Below are positions 19,787 through 30,596 of a stretch of DNA of 64,000 bases, piece after piece (position 1 is the first letter of the stretch; each line of letters opens with the position of its first letter). The notes beneath the pieces are model-generated. The model saw nothing but the letters and a program-made list of their open reading frames with translations. It did not search any database and was not told the origin of the DNA. A program made the translations under genes and the position numbers. The stretch lies in contig CBDESZ010000004.1 of assembly GCA_965242725.1 (NCBI GenBank), positions 288,001-352,000 on the forward strand, in the 5' to 3' direction. This DNA is from Alkalispirochaeta sp. (lineage in GTDB: Bacteria > Spirochaetota > Spirochaetia > DSM-27196 > Alkalispirochaetaceae).

Positions 19787-21106
19787 TCATAAGGCTTTCG
19801 GTAAAGTATTTCCCTGGAGGGCCAGTACCGTCTCTTCCATACGATACGCCGAATCAGCCGGCCTGAGCATGCGGAAGACATGCAGTTTCCGCCCCCGGTA
19901 GAACTCCAGCTGATGGGCGTACTGGACGTGTATGCCGGTAATTTCGGCAATGGGAATGGCAAAGCGCTCCGTGTTTCGCCGGTCACGCGCCCCTTGTCCG
20001 TCGGCGGGACCGGAGAGGGGGGTTATCGTAAGGTGGTGAGCGGTAAGCTTCATGTGTACACGTCCGTGAGGCGTCAGAACACGGCTTCGATGACCGGTGT
20101 AGTACCGGGCTTCTTCCACGATCACCGGTATCGGCAGGGAATGGGAGCTCCCGGTGCCGGATGTGAGGAGGCCGACCCGTTCCTTCAGTACCGCTCGCTG
20201 GAGGAAATTCCAGCTGTCGACGGTATCGGGGGTGCGATAGCGACGGAGCGGCCCGCCGCTTTTACCGTTTCCGGCCCCTCCGGCGTGATCTCCGGTGTGA
20301 AGGGCGTAGAGCCGTCCCGACGGCGCGATCCATGATTGCCGTCCGCAATGTATACAGGAGAGTGTGTCTTGGTGAGACCGGATGCCGTCCCAGGAGTCAC
20401 AGTCGGGACAATAAAAGAGCGCCTGCTCCACGTCTTCCGCCCGCCGGGGATGGATGAAGAGGTGTCCCGACTCCCGCTGCCACCGCGTCTCGTTGTGTTC
20501 CACCGACCGGGCGATGCGTTCCGTTATTTCGTGCCGGTTGAGACCGGCGATTTCCTCCCTGGTGAGTACTGTGGTCACGTGGAGCTCCAACACGCCCCGC
20601 CGGATATGGCGGCTCCATCGCGGCAATGAGAGATACCCCCCTTTCAGCCGGACGGAGACGACGGGAACGCGAAGAAGGCGGACGAGTTTCGGCGTTCCCG
20701 GGAGAATCGGTCGGGTTGTCCCGTCCCAGGAGCGCTGACCTTCCGGAAAGATCCCAACCACCCTGCGTCGCGCTACCGCGCGCTGAAGGGTTCGTATGCT
20801 TTCCAGATCGACTTTCGCCTTTGCCTTGGGAATCGTCCCTGCAAAGTTCATGAACCATCGCATCACCCGGCTGCGAAAATTGCCGTCCGCTGCGATGAAG
20901 TGGATCGGCGGACCAAAGGCGATGAGGACAAGGAAGGGATCCCAGAAGTTGACATGGTTGGCGAGAACGACATAGGGCGGCCGCAGGGTCGCACTGTAGT
21001 CATCACGGACAATGTTCACTCTGAATCGCCAGCGAAGCCACGCTTCGATTGGAGTGCGCAGCAGAACGTAGAAGACACGGGCAAGGACACTCGGATTCAT
21101 CGCCAC
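19787..21106 (-). CDS. Lysophospholipid acyltransferase (PlsC-like) with C-terminal Cys-containing extension
   Basis: NHVNFWD (HX4D) and IFPEG motifs; CPDC..CIHC. Confidence 0.85.
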   Translation of the reverse strand: MAMNPSVLARVFYVLLRTPIEAWLRWRFRVNIVRDDYSATLRPPYVVLANHVNFWDPFLVLIAFGPPIHFIAADGNFRSRVMRWFMNFAGTIPKAKAKVDLESIRTLQRAVARRRVVGIFPEGQRSWDGTTRPILPGTPKLVRLLRVPVVSVRLKGGYLSLPRWSRHIRRGVLELHVTTVLTREEIAGLNRHEITERIARSVEHNETRWQRESGHLFIHPRRAEDVEQALFYCPDCDSWDGIRSHQDTLSCIHCGRQSWIAPSGRLYALHTGDHAGGAGNGKSGGPLRRYRTPDTVDSWNFLQRAVLKERVGLLTSGTGSSHSLPIPVIVEEARYYTGHRSRVLTPHGRVHMKLTAHHLTITPLSGPADGQGARDRRNTERFAIPIAEITGIHVQYAHQLEFYRGRKLHVFRMLRPADSAYRMEETVLALQGNTLPKAL

Positions 21107-21134
21107 AGTGTAGCGGCGGCGCCGTCGTGTTACA

Positions 21135-22166
21135 ATGTCGACGGTGAAAACGGCTGAAACGGATCATGCTGCAGCCCTGCTTGTCATCGGGGGCATTAAT
21201 ATCGACATCATCGCCGAACCGGGCGGGCCCGTTGTACCGGGGAGCTCCAATCCCGGTACGGTAACCGTTCACCCCGGAGGGGTCGCCCGGAATATCGCGG
21301 AGTTCCTGTCGCGCCTGAGCGTGCCGGTTTCTCTCTCCGGGTCCATCGGGGACGATCCCCTCTCCCGTTTTGTGCTGGACCGAACCGGTGAATCCGGCGT
21401 CGACATTTCCGGCGTCCAGGTCGGTCCGGGCGGGGTGGGGAAGTACGTGACGATTCAGGAGGAGGGAGACATCCTTGTCGCCGTCTCAGATGCGACGGGG
21501 GTGGAAACGCTCGATCCCGCCGCGCTGATGACCATTCTGTTGCCGCTGCAGGAACGGTTGCCTGCGAGGGGGCGCGATATTCTGGTGATCGACTGCAACC
21601 TCAGGGCGGATACGCTCCACGCCGCAATCGCCTGGGCCAATGAGGTCGGCATGTACGTCGTCGTTGAACCGGTGAGCGTCACAAAGGCGCTACGCCTCAC
21701 CGGCGCCGTCGGCGCGGTGGACCTCATTACGCCCAACCGCGCGGAGTGGGAGGCGCTGTGTGCCGCGGCCGACGTTCTGCCGCCGGTCCGCCACGCGGCG
21801 GTCACCTGCGGTGGTGAAGGGGCGATCCTCTACCATCGGCATTCCGAGGGCGGGGATTCCGGCGGAACGCCGGACGCTCAATCTGCCGGCGCCGGCGTGA
21901 AATCCTCCGCAGTCGTGAAGGCGCCTTCGGGGGGACGGCGGTATCCGGCACGTACCGTCAGGGCGATGAACGCCAACGGCGCGGGTGACGCCTTTGTGGC
22001 GGGAATGGTGTGGGCGTTGACACAGGAGGCGGACCTTCGTGATCCTGACTGGGATCGGGTGGTTTGCGCCGGATTGATTGCGGGACGGTGGACGGTCATG
22101 AGTCCGGAAACGGTTCCCGCCGACATTTCCGCTCAGCGGCTCACAGCTGAGCTCGACAGAGGATAG
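21135..22166 (+). CDS. psuK: PfkB-family kinase, probable pseudouridine kinase
   Basis: GGINID, GGVARNIAE, TPNRAE, GAGDAF; directly upstream of psuG. Confidence 0.75.
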   Translation: MSTVKTAETDHAAALLVIGGINIDIIAEPGGPVVPGSSNPGTVTVHPGGVARNIAEFLSRLSVPVSLSGSIGDDPLSRFVLDRTGESGVDISGVQVGPGGVGKYVTIQEEGDILVAVSDATGVETLDPAALMTILLPLQERLPARGRDILVIDCNLRADTLHAAIAWANEVGMYVVVEPVSVTKALRLTGAVGAVDLITPNRAEWEALCAAADVLPPVRHAAVTCGGEGAILYHRHSEGGDSGGTPDAQSAGAGVKSSAVVKAPSGGRRYPARTVRAMNANGAGDAFVAGMVWALTQEADLRDPDWDRVVCAGLIAGRWTVMSPETVPADISAQRLTAELDRG

Positions 22167-22167
22167 G

Positions 22168-23100
22168 ATGAACATGACAAAGCACATACAGGTACATCCC
22201 GAAGTGGCCGCCGCTCTTCAGGACGGTCGGGCGGTTGTTGCCCTGGAATCGACAATTATTTCCCACGGCATGCCGTACCCGCAGAACGTGGAAACTGCCA
22301 TGGCCGTTGAGGAGATTGTCCGCGGCGGAGGCGCCGTACCCGCAACGGTGGCGATCATGGACGGCGCCTTTCAGATCGGTCTCGCGCCGTCCCGGATCGA
22401 CGAGCTCGCGCAGGCGAAGGACGTGGTGAAGGCGAGTCGTCGTGATGTCGGCCTCGTGCTCGCGACGGGACGTACCGCCGCGACGACGGTCGCTACGACG
22501 ATGATCGGCGCCGCCGCAGCGGGAATTCGCATGTTTGCGACGGGCGGCACCGGCGGGGTTCACCGGGGGTACCAGACGTCGCTGGACATTTCCGCGGATC
22601 TGCCGGAGCTTGGAAAGACGGCGGTCGCCGTGGTTTCCGCGGGGGTGAAGTCGATTCTCGATATCGGGCGTACCCTTGAATATCTCGAAACGTTGGGGGT
22701 ACCGGTGGTCTCCGTCGGTTCCGATGAGTTCCCCGCCTTTTACAGCCGGCACAGCGGATTTCCCGCACCTTTCCGTCTGGACAGCCCGGAAAGCCTGGCG
22801 TGCATGCTCCGTGCCCACTGGACGATGAGTGGTGCCGGAGGAGTGCTCATTGCCAATCCCATTCCGGAAAGCGCGGAAATGGATTACCGGGAAATCGAAG
22901 GCGTGATTGAGCGGGCCGTCCGTGAATCGGAGGAGCAGGGAATCACGGGCAAGGAGGTGACGCCTTTTCTGCTCGCCAGGATCGTCGAGCTGACCGGCGG
23001 TGAATCGTTGCGTGCGAATATCGCATTGGTGAAAAACAATGCGCGTCTCGCAACTGAGATTGCCGTCGCGATTGCTCGTCTCGGCGATGATGAGGAATGA
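22168..23100 (+). CDS. psuG: Pseudouridine-5'-phosphate glycosidase
   Basis: VALESTIISHGMPYPQN, ATTVATTM, GGVHRG, DISADL, GKEVTPFLL. Confidence 0.95.
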   Translation: MNMTKHIQVHPEVAAALQDGRAVVALESTIISHGMPYPQNVETAMAVEEIVRGGGAVPATVAIMDGAFQIGLAPSRIDELAQAKDVVKASRRDVGLVLATGRTAATTVATTMIGAAAAGIRMFATGGTGGVHRGYQTSLDISADLPELGKTAVAVVSAGVKSILDIGRTLEYLETLGVPVVSVGSDEFPAFYSRHSGFPAPFRLDSPESLACMLRAHWTMSGAGGVLIANPIPESAEMDYREIEGVIERAVRESEEQGITGKEVTPFLLARIVELTGGESLRANIALVKNNARLATEIAVAIARLGDDEE

Positions 23101-23645
23101 CGGAGGAGTCTATGTTTGAACGAGATGGTGTACGCATCGAATGTGTGACCGGCGACATCGCCGGGCAGCGAGAGATCGATGCCGTCGTAAATGCCGCCAA
23201 CGCACATTTGCGGATCGGCGGCGGTGTCGCCGGAGCGATTCACCGCGCCGGCGGGCCCGAACTGGACCGGGAGTGCCGGCCGCTGGCGCCGATTCGTCCC
23301 GGCGAGGCTGTCGTTACCGGAGCGGGCCAACTGCCCAATCGCTACGTCATTCATTGCCTCGGTCCCGTGTACGGCGTCGACAAACCGGAAGCGGAGCTCC
23401 TTGCCGCGTGCTACCGCAATGCCCTGCAGCGGGGCGAAGAAAAAGAGATCAGGAGCATCGCATTTCCCGCGATTTCTACCGGAGCGTTCGGCTATCCCGC
23501 CGCTGATGCGGCGAAAGTCGCCTTTTCCACAATCAAAGCTGAGATGTCCCGCCTGAAGAGCATACAGGATATCCGGTTTGTCCTCTTTTCCGACCGGGAT
23601 CGGGACCTTCATCTGAAAGTCCTGCGCCAGGTGATGGCCGGTTGA
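23097..23645 (+). CDS. Macro domain protein (O-acetyl-ADP-ribose deacetylase / ADP-ribosylhydrolase-like)
   Basis: GDI..DAVVNAAN..GGGVAGAIH, SIAFPAISTGAFGYP. Confidence 0.9.
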   Translation: MTEESMFERDGVRIECVTGDIAGQREIDAVVNAANAHLRIGGGVAGAIHRAGGPELDRECRPLAPIRPGEAVVTGAGQLPNRYVIHCLGPVYGVDKPEAELLAACYRNALQRGEEKEIRSIAFPAISTGAFGYPAADAAKVAFSTIKAEMSRLKSIQDIRFVLFSDRDRDLHLKVLRQVMAG

Positions 23646-23667
23646 CGGCCGGTCAGGACGGTACCCG

Positions 23668-24564
23668 CTACCGTTTGTCGATCCATTGAACCGCGCGGGC
23701 ATTGTTCCGCACCTGCTCCGCATTCTTGCAGCCCGGTATGACGGCGGTTACCGCGGGATGGCGCAACGGCCACGCCAGAGCCCACGCCGCCATCGGCGCA
23801 TCTTCAGGGAGTTCCTCCCGACGTACCGTTTCAACCTCCGTGAGGATTTCCGCACGTTTTTCCCCATCCATCGTTGAACGCCAGTCGTTGGGAGGAAAGA
23901 CTGAGTCTGCATCATATTTCCCCGAGAGGAATCCGCTTGCCAGGGGAACCCGGGCCAGTACCCCGAGTCCGGCGGACTGTGCCGCAGGCAGGACTTCGTG
24001 CTCCGGGGCGCGGTCGACGCGGTTGTACACAACCTGCAGAACTTCGCACCCCGCATCGGGGGATCGGGCAACCTGAAACAGGTTGTCGTTCCTGCTGACC
24101 GAGAGCCCGATATGCCGAACCATTCCCGCTTGACGCATCTCCTTCAGCGCGTCCCAGAGCTCCTCGTTCAGAAATTCCTCGTCAGTGGGAGAGTGGAACT
24201 GAAGAATGTCGAGATAATCGGTGTGGAGTGCCTTGAGCGATGCAGTCACCTGATTCCGTACCTCTCCCGCGTTCCAGTGGCGCGTGCGGTTCAGCGGGCC
24301 GTGAAAGTGGTGGCCGAACTTGGAGGCGACGATCCATGTATCCCGCTCCCGGTGAATACGCTCGCCAATGAGGCGCTCCGAGAGGTGGTCGCCGTAGCAC
24401 TCCGCCGTATCGATGAGGTTGATGCCTTCATCCCGGGCAGTACCGAGAATGGTGTCCACCTCTTCCGGGGTAAAGTCCATACCCCACTCGCCGCCAAATT
24501 GCCACGTACCAACGCCGATTACGCTGACCTGCAGTCCTGTCGTTCCAAGGGTTCGATATTTCAT
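23668..24564 (-). CDS. Aldo/keto reductase
   Basis: MKYRTLGTTGLQVSVIGVG, IDTAECYG, TDYLDILQFH, PLASGFLSGK, VIPG. Confidence 0.9.
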   Translation of the reverse strand: MKYRTLGTTGLQVSVIGVGTWQFGGEWGMDFTPEEVDTILGTARDEGINLIDTAECYGDHLSERLIGERIHRERDTWIVASKFGHHFHGPLNRTRHWNAGEVRNQVTASLKALHTDYLDILQFHSPTDEEFLNEELWDALKEMRQAGMVRHIGLSVSRNDNLFQVARSPDAGCEVLQVVYNRVDRAPEHEVLPAAQSAGLGVLARVPLASGFLSGKYDADSVFPPNDWRSTMDGEKRAEILTEVETVRREELPEDAPMAAWALAWPLRHPAVTAVIPGCKNAEQVRNNARAVQWIDKR

Positions 24565-24624
24565 GGTCGGAATTATACACCGGATACTCTGGCAGTCTCG
24601 ACAACGGTGAAGTACTATGGCCGG

Positions 24625-26920
24625 GTGACCAGGATTCGGCATCTTTTTATTCTCATTCTCCTTTCCGCTTCGGCACAGCTTTCGGCCGATGAATCTGCGT
24701 TTCCCGTCGAAGAAAACGGCGCCGGAGCGCCGCCGGCACTCGGTCTGGCCCTCGCCGGAGGGGGCGCCCTTGGATTTGCCCACCTCGGGGTGATCCTCGA
24801 ACTGGAGGAGATCGGTCTTAATCCCCGGTATCTGGCCGGTACAAGCATCGGCAGTATCGTCGGCGCCCTCTATGCGGCGGGATATACCGGAGAGGAGATG
24901 CTTGAAATCGTACAGTCCGTTGAATGGGACAATCTCCTCTTTGATCAACCCCGGCGCTCGTCGCTGAATGTGGGAGCACGGGAAGCGACGCGGCGCTTTC
25001 GTGTCGGTGCCCGATTTGACGATTGGAAGCTCGTGACGCCGGCGGGAATTTCGGCGGGACAGCGGGCGACGGAATATCTGGACGCACTGCTGAGTCCCTT
25101 TGCGGGAATCGATGATTTTTTCCAGCTTCCCCGGCCGATCGGAATCGTGGCAACCGATCTCGTCTCGGGCGAAGAAGTTGTGTATACCGGAGGGGATCTC
25201 AAGAACGCAGTTCGCGCGAGCATAGCCGTTCCGGGCGTCTTTACGCCGTTGCACTACGACGGCAGGTATCTCATAGACGGCGGATGGACAAATAACCTTC
25301 CTGTGGATGTGGTTAAGGGTCTTGGCGCCGATGTGGTTATCGCAGTCGATCTTTTCAATTCAAAACGGCAGGTCGGGCAACTTCAGGATGTAGGGACGAT
25401 CGTTGAACAGGCGGGGATCATCCTCCGGCAGGAGCGCATAGAAGAGAATCTGGTCCTGGCCGATGTGGCGATCTCGCCGGACCTTACGGGATATACGACG
25501 ATCGACTTTGAAAAGGCCCTTGAAATGGTAGAGATCGGACGGCAGGCAGCGCGGGATCACCGGGACGAGTTGATCCTGCTCCGGAACCGTCTGGAGGCCG
25601 CCGGAGCGGTGCAATCCCTGGTCCCCCCGACCCGGGGGCTGGGTCACAGGCTGGCGGAGGAGGCGATGCGGGATGAACGTTTTTCAGTCGGAGCGGTCCA
25701 TTTATCGGTACCGCCCGACCGGGAGACACCACAATCTCTGATCGACGTGCGACGATCCCTGATGGGGCGGACATTCACCGCTGAGGAGTTGCGTACCGAG
25801 ATCTACCGCCTCTATGACTCCGGCGGATTTGAGTACGTTTCCTACGACCTGGAGGCAGGCTCATTTTCCACGCGGGACGACGCGTATCACGTTCTCACGA
25901 TATACGCCGTGCCTGAAAAACAATACCGGTCGGAAGTTCAGCTCGGTTTCGGAACACGAATACAGCTTGACGGAGCGTTGAATACCCGCTCGGTGCTCCA
26001 CGGAAATCACGTCGCCACCCTTGGCGACGGGCTGTTCCGATTGGACACCGATCTCTGGCTCACCGAGGTTGCCCAGTTTAGAACCGCATTGAGCGCCCGG
26101 GTCCTCGGTCCCCTTCGTCTTGGAATCGGAGGGTATGTGCTGGCGCCGCCGCTGATCTTCTACGACGGACGTACTGTGGAAGCGCTCTATCTCCAGCGCA
26201 GAAACGGACTGGAACTGTGGCTGGAATCGCCGGTATTGCGCCGCGCGACGCTGGGTGTTTCGGGATTTACCGAATGGTTCGGTCTCGACCGCGTACAGGG
26301 TCGGGAAACGGTCGATCAGGTGAGAACCCGTCGCGTCGGCGTAGGCGCGCGTTTTCATTTACGATACGCTGGACAGGGCGTTTTTTCCCGTCCAGGGAGG
26401 AGAGGCGTCATTCGGGTATCGGTGGCGGTATGACAATGACGACCGCTCAATTAACAGCAGATTCGATTTCTCCGGCCGGCGACACATCCCGATCACTGAT
26501 CGGTTCAACCTGCAGCTCCGCCTGGAAGGGGGCAGTGACTTCAACTCGCGTCTCCCCGCATACGAACAGCATTACACGGGGGGCGCAGAGCTCTTTGAGG
26601 GGTATTACTACCAGGAACTCTCGGGTAACCACATTCTGACCGTTGGCGCGGACGTGCGATTTGAATTGTTTCACCTTCCCCTTGGTGTGGGCGAATCGGT
26701 CTACCTCCGTGTCGGCGGTAATGTCGGTCGCATCTGGGACGAGTCTTTTGACGCCCTTATTTCCACATCCACCGTCGCGGGCGGCCGGATCGGAGTCGCC
26801 GTCGAAACCAGTCTGGGTGAACTCAACATAGGCTACTCTATGAACGACCAACTGCGTCCCCTCGTGTACGTCCTGCTTGGTCCCGCCTATACCTTCGGCG
26901 GCAACGGCTATCAGTGGTAG
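24625..26920 (+). CDS. Patatin + POTRA-like + Omp85-type barrel protein (PlpD / type Vd-like); +1 frameshift at ~26352
   Basis: Signal peptide; GGGALG, GTSIG and DGG patatin motifs; removing one T from TTTT at 26352-26355 gives YDTLDRAFFPVQG.., in frame to 26920. Confidence 0.8.
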
Positions 26921-27043
26921 GTACCGGGACGCCGGGTGCCCATTTTTCATCTTTCACGCCATGGTTCAGCATTCATGACAGAGGCGCGTCCGTCATGCTA
27001 TCGTGGTGGCGCAACAAGCTTCTATATACAAGGGAGAATACCA

Positions 27044-28145
27044 ATGCTACAGGAACTGCATGCGCCGCTGACGCAATTGAAAAAAGAAGTCCATTCCACA
27101 TGGAGGTATCTTTGACCCCGATGAGGTCAGAACCAAGATAAAGGACAAGGAAGCGGCTACCGCGGATCCCGAGTTCTGGAACGACCGGGAAAAGGCGGAA
27201 GCGACGATGACGGAAATAAAACGCCTTCGTGACACCATCGAGCCGTGGGAAGAGCTCATCGCCGACCTCGAAGACGCGGAAGCGCTCCTCGAACTGGCGG
27301 AAGAGGCGGAAGACGCCTCCCAGGAGGCGGAAATATCCCGCATCATCACGGAGTCACGCAGAAAATTTGACAGCCTCCAATTGAAACAACTCCTCAGTGA
27401 TGAGGCCGACACGGCGGGAGTATATCTCACAATCCATTCCGGGGCGGGGGGCACGGAAGCGTGTGACTGGGTAAGCATGCTCTACCGAATGTACACCCGT
27501 TGGATCGACAATCATGACCTGAAGCGGGAAATGCTGGACATGCAGGAAGCCGAAGGGGGCATCAAGTCGGTGACGATCGAGGTGAACGGCCCGTATGCCT
27601 TCGGCTATCTCAAGGCTGAGGCGGGTATTCACCGTCTCGTGCGAATCAGTCCCTTCGACTCAAGCGGGCGTCGGCATACGAGCTTTGCTTCGGTGTACGT
27701 TTCTCCAATCGTCGATGAGGAGATTGAAGTTGACATCAAGCCCGAGGATCTTCGCGTCGACACCTATCGCGCGAGCGGCGCCGGCGGTCAGCACGTCAAT
27801 AAAACAGATTCCGCCGTGCGCATGACCCATATACCGACGGGTGTGGTCGTGCAGTGCCAGAATGAACGGAGCCAGCACAAAAACCGTGCGACCGCCATGA
27901 AAATGCTGAAATCCCGATTGTATGAAGTGTACCGCCAGGAGCGGGAAGCGGAACAGGAGGCCAAGGCAATCGAGAAAAAGGGTATCAGCTGGGGGAATCA
28001 GATCAGATCATATGTCTTCCAGCCATATACAATGGTGAAGGACCTGCGAACCTCCGTCGAAACGGGAAACATTCAGGCGGTGATGGATGGTGATTTGGAT
28101 CCCTTTATCGAGGCATTTCTCAAAAAGCAGGCCGGTCAGGAGTAA
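27044..28145 (+). CDS. prfB: Peptide chain release factor 2 with programmed +1 frameshift
   Basis: ATG at 27044; GGAGG TAT CTT TGA C at 27102-27116; SPF and GGQ motifs. Confidence 0.97.
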
Positions 28146-29722
28146 CGCAATCGCGGCGACCCCGGGACGAATCGTTCGGATATTCTCCGTTGTCCCCGCC
28201 AGGGCAAGAGTCTCTTGGCCGGCTCTGGTCCTGGCCGTCCTCGCCGGGTTCGTACTGCTCCCGCTGCCGCTCAGGGCAGCGGGGACCGATGAAAGCCGTC
28301 TCCAACAGGAGCGATACGACCTCATCACGGAACTGGGCATTACCGACGACAGCTATCGCGTCGTCCCGGGGACGATCATCGCCCCCGAAATTGCCGACAA
28401 CCGTCGTACCGCCCTGGGGGGGTACCTGCGAATTGTCAGGGACATCATCGCAAACGTCCCGCTCCGGTACCTTGGCGACGATGAGCGGCAGGCCCTTGTA
28501 CGCCGACGAATCGCCGCAGAACGGACACGTCTCCAAAAGGCGATCGACGAACGGCACCTGTCGCTGGATACCCGGGTTATGGAGTCGGGGGGTGACGGGA
28601 CGGAAGGGGCGGCGCATGCACGATCGGGTGACGCCGAATTGAAGCGACTCACCCACCGGCTGGAAATTCTGAACTCCCTTACCGTCGACGCACTCTCGGT
28701 TCCACGGGAGGTTCGAATCGAGATTCCCGAAGACCAGACCTACCTCTTCCGCACGACCCTGAGTGATCCCTCCCGTCTCGGTGAGGAGGCGGATGCGGAT
28801 CTATACGTCTATATCACGGTGGATCCCCTCGACGACCTCTATATCCTCGAGGTGCACATGTACCATCTCGTGCTGGACCGCGATGACGTCATTCTCCGTG
28901 TCGTCGCGCTCCCGGAGGAAATTCCTCTGCGGCTGGAGGAATACGGTCGACGGATTGTACACGCCGTCGCGGCGGCGGAGGTCGCCGATGTGACGGTGGA
29001 AGCGGTGGACGGCGAGGGTGTACAGCTGGACCATGCACGGATATATCTCGACGACCGGCTCATGGGCGTCGGACGCGTTCGTGACGGCTATGTTCGCGCC
29101 GGCACATTTCAGGTACGGGCGGTCACTCCCGACGGCAGGGAGGCAGCGAGGATTCTCACCGTCACTCCGGGAGAGGAGTTGACGCTCCCCCTCGTTATCA
29201 CCGCCCAACCGAAGGATTTCGTCACCATTTCGACAGTACCCCCCTGCCGCGTCGGTCTATCGTGGTGTTGAATGGCTGGGGTACACCCCCGTGCGCATAC
29301 CGCGACCCGACGAACTGACGAGCTATTCAATCGTCAAAGAGAATTACTACGATTCACGTCTTGAATTGAGCTCCACATCGCCACAGAACGTAGAGACCGT
29401 CCTCGTGTCCCGTGGATACGACTGGGAAGAAGAGACGCGGCTGTCGCGGGAGAGGTTCTACCGTTCCTTCGGACTGTTTTCACTCTCCGTGGGTGTGCCG
29501 ATCATTCTGTACGGCGCGTATCAGGATTACACAGGGCTCTTTCCTTCCGGATCGGTGCGTCCCGACCTTTCCGATGAGGAGCGGCAGCGCGTCGTCCGGG
29601 AGGGTTCGGCCCTCTTTTACGGGTACTACGGAGGGATCGCCTTGAGTGCCGGCTTCTTTGGGAATATGATATGGCGCCTGGTGGACTACATACGGACCGC
29701 CCAGGGATACCATACGCGGTGA
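28087..29722 (+). CDS. PEGA-domain-like exported/membrane protein; frameshift at C6 run 29239-29244; start uncertain
   Basis: Signal-like segment; ARIYLDDRLMG; the corrected frame gives STVPPAASVYRGVEWLGYTPVRI (PEGA-like) and joins ORF 29291-29722, which has C-terminal TM helices. Confidence 0.6.
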
Positions 29723-29728
29723 GGATGA

Positions 29729-30596
29729 ATGGCAAAAAAGACGCTTGGACAACGGTTGCGCTCCCTCTTTTCCGGAGGGACGCAGAACGCCGAATTTTTT
29801 GAAGAACTGGAAGATCTGTTGATCGAATCCGACCTCGGTGCGCAATTCACCATGGAAATATCCGACCGGCTGCAGTCATCCGGTACCTACAAGACGAGAG
29901 AGGAGACGATCGCCGCCCTTCGGGAAATGATTCTTTCCGAAATTTCCGCCGCCGATATCGACTCGACAGGAATAAACTGAATGTCCTTCTCGTCCTTGGG
30001 GTGAACGGCGTCGGAAAGACGACGAACCTCGCAAAACTCGCGCATCGCTACAAGAACGAGTGGGCCGGAGAGGGAGTCGTCCTCGCCGCCGGTGATACCT
30101 TCCGCGCCGCCGCGGTGGAGCAGATCGCAACCCATGCCGACCGATTGGGTCTCCGTCTCGTGCGGCAGGCGACGGGTTCCGACGCCGGTGCGGTTATATA
30201 TGACGCCGTATCAAGTGCACGCTCCCGGGGTGACCGCCTCGTGCTGGCCGATACGGCCGGACGTATGCACAATCGGGCCAACCTGATACGGGAACTGGAA
30301 AAGATCAACGGTATCGTCAAAAGACAGGCGGGGGAGGACGTCATCTACCGCAAGGTCCTCGTCATCGATGCGACGACGGGCAGAATGCCCTCCGTCAGGC
30401 GGAGCTCTTTCATGAGGCGGTGGGGGTGGATGCGGTACTCCTGGCAAAATATGATTCAAGCGCCCGGGGCGGGATACTCATACCCCTCGCCCGGCAGCAG
30501 CACCTCTCCTGCGCGTGGATCGGAACCGGCGAGGGATACGACGATCTCACGACTTTTCATCCCCGGGAATACGTAGACTCCCTCCTGTCGCCGTGA
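29729..30596 (+). CDS. ftsY: SRP receptor FtsY (NG domain only); two apparent frameshifts (~29962, ~30378)
   Basis: EELEDLLIESD, GVNGVGKTT, DTFRAAAVEQ, DTAGR; the corrected frames give DATTGQN, KYDSSARGG, IGTGE. Confidence 0.9.

Noticed and set aside
23998..25254. Long overlapping N-terminal extensions of the AKR and patatin ORFs
   Set aside because: These are antisense shadows in GC-rich DNA; family-typical starts are at 24564 (-) and ~24625 (+).
29729..30596. ftsY as a true pseudogene or programmed frameshift
   Set aside because: Essential gene, all motifs intact, no slippery-site or SD signal; fits the window-wide indel error pattern.
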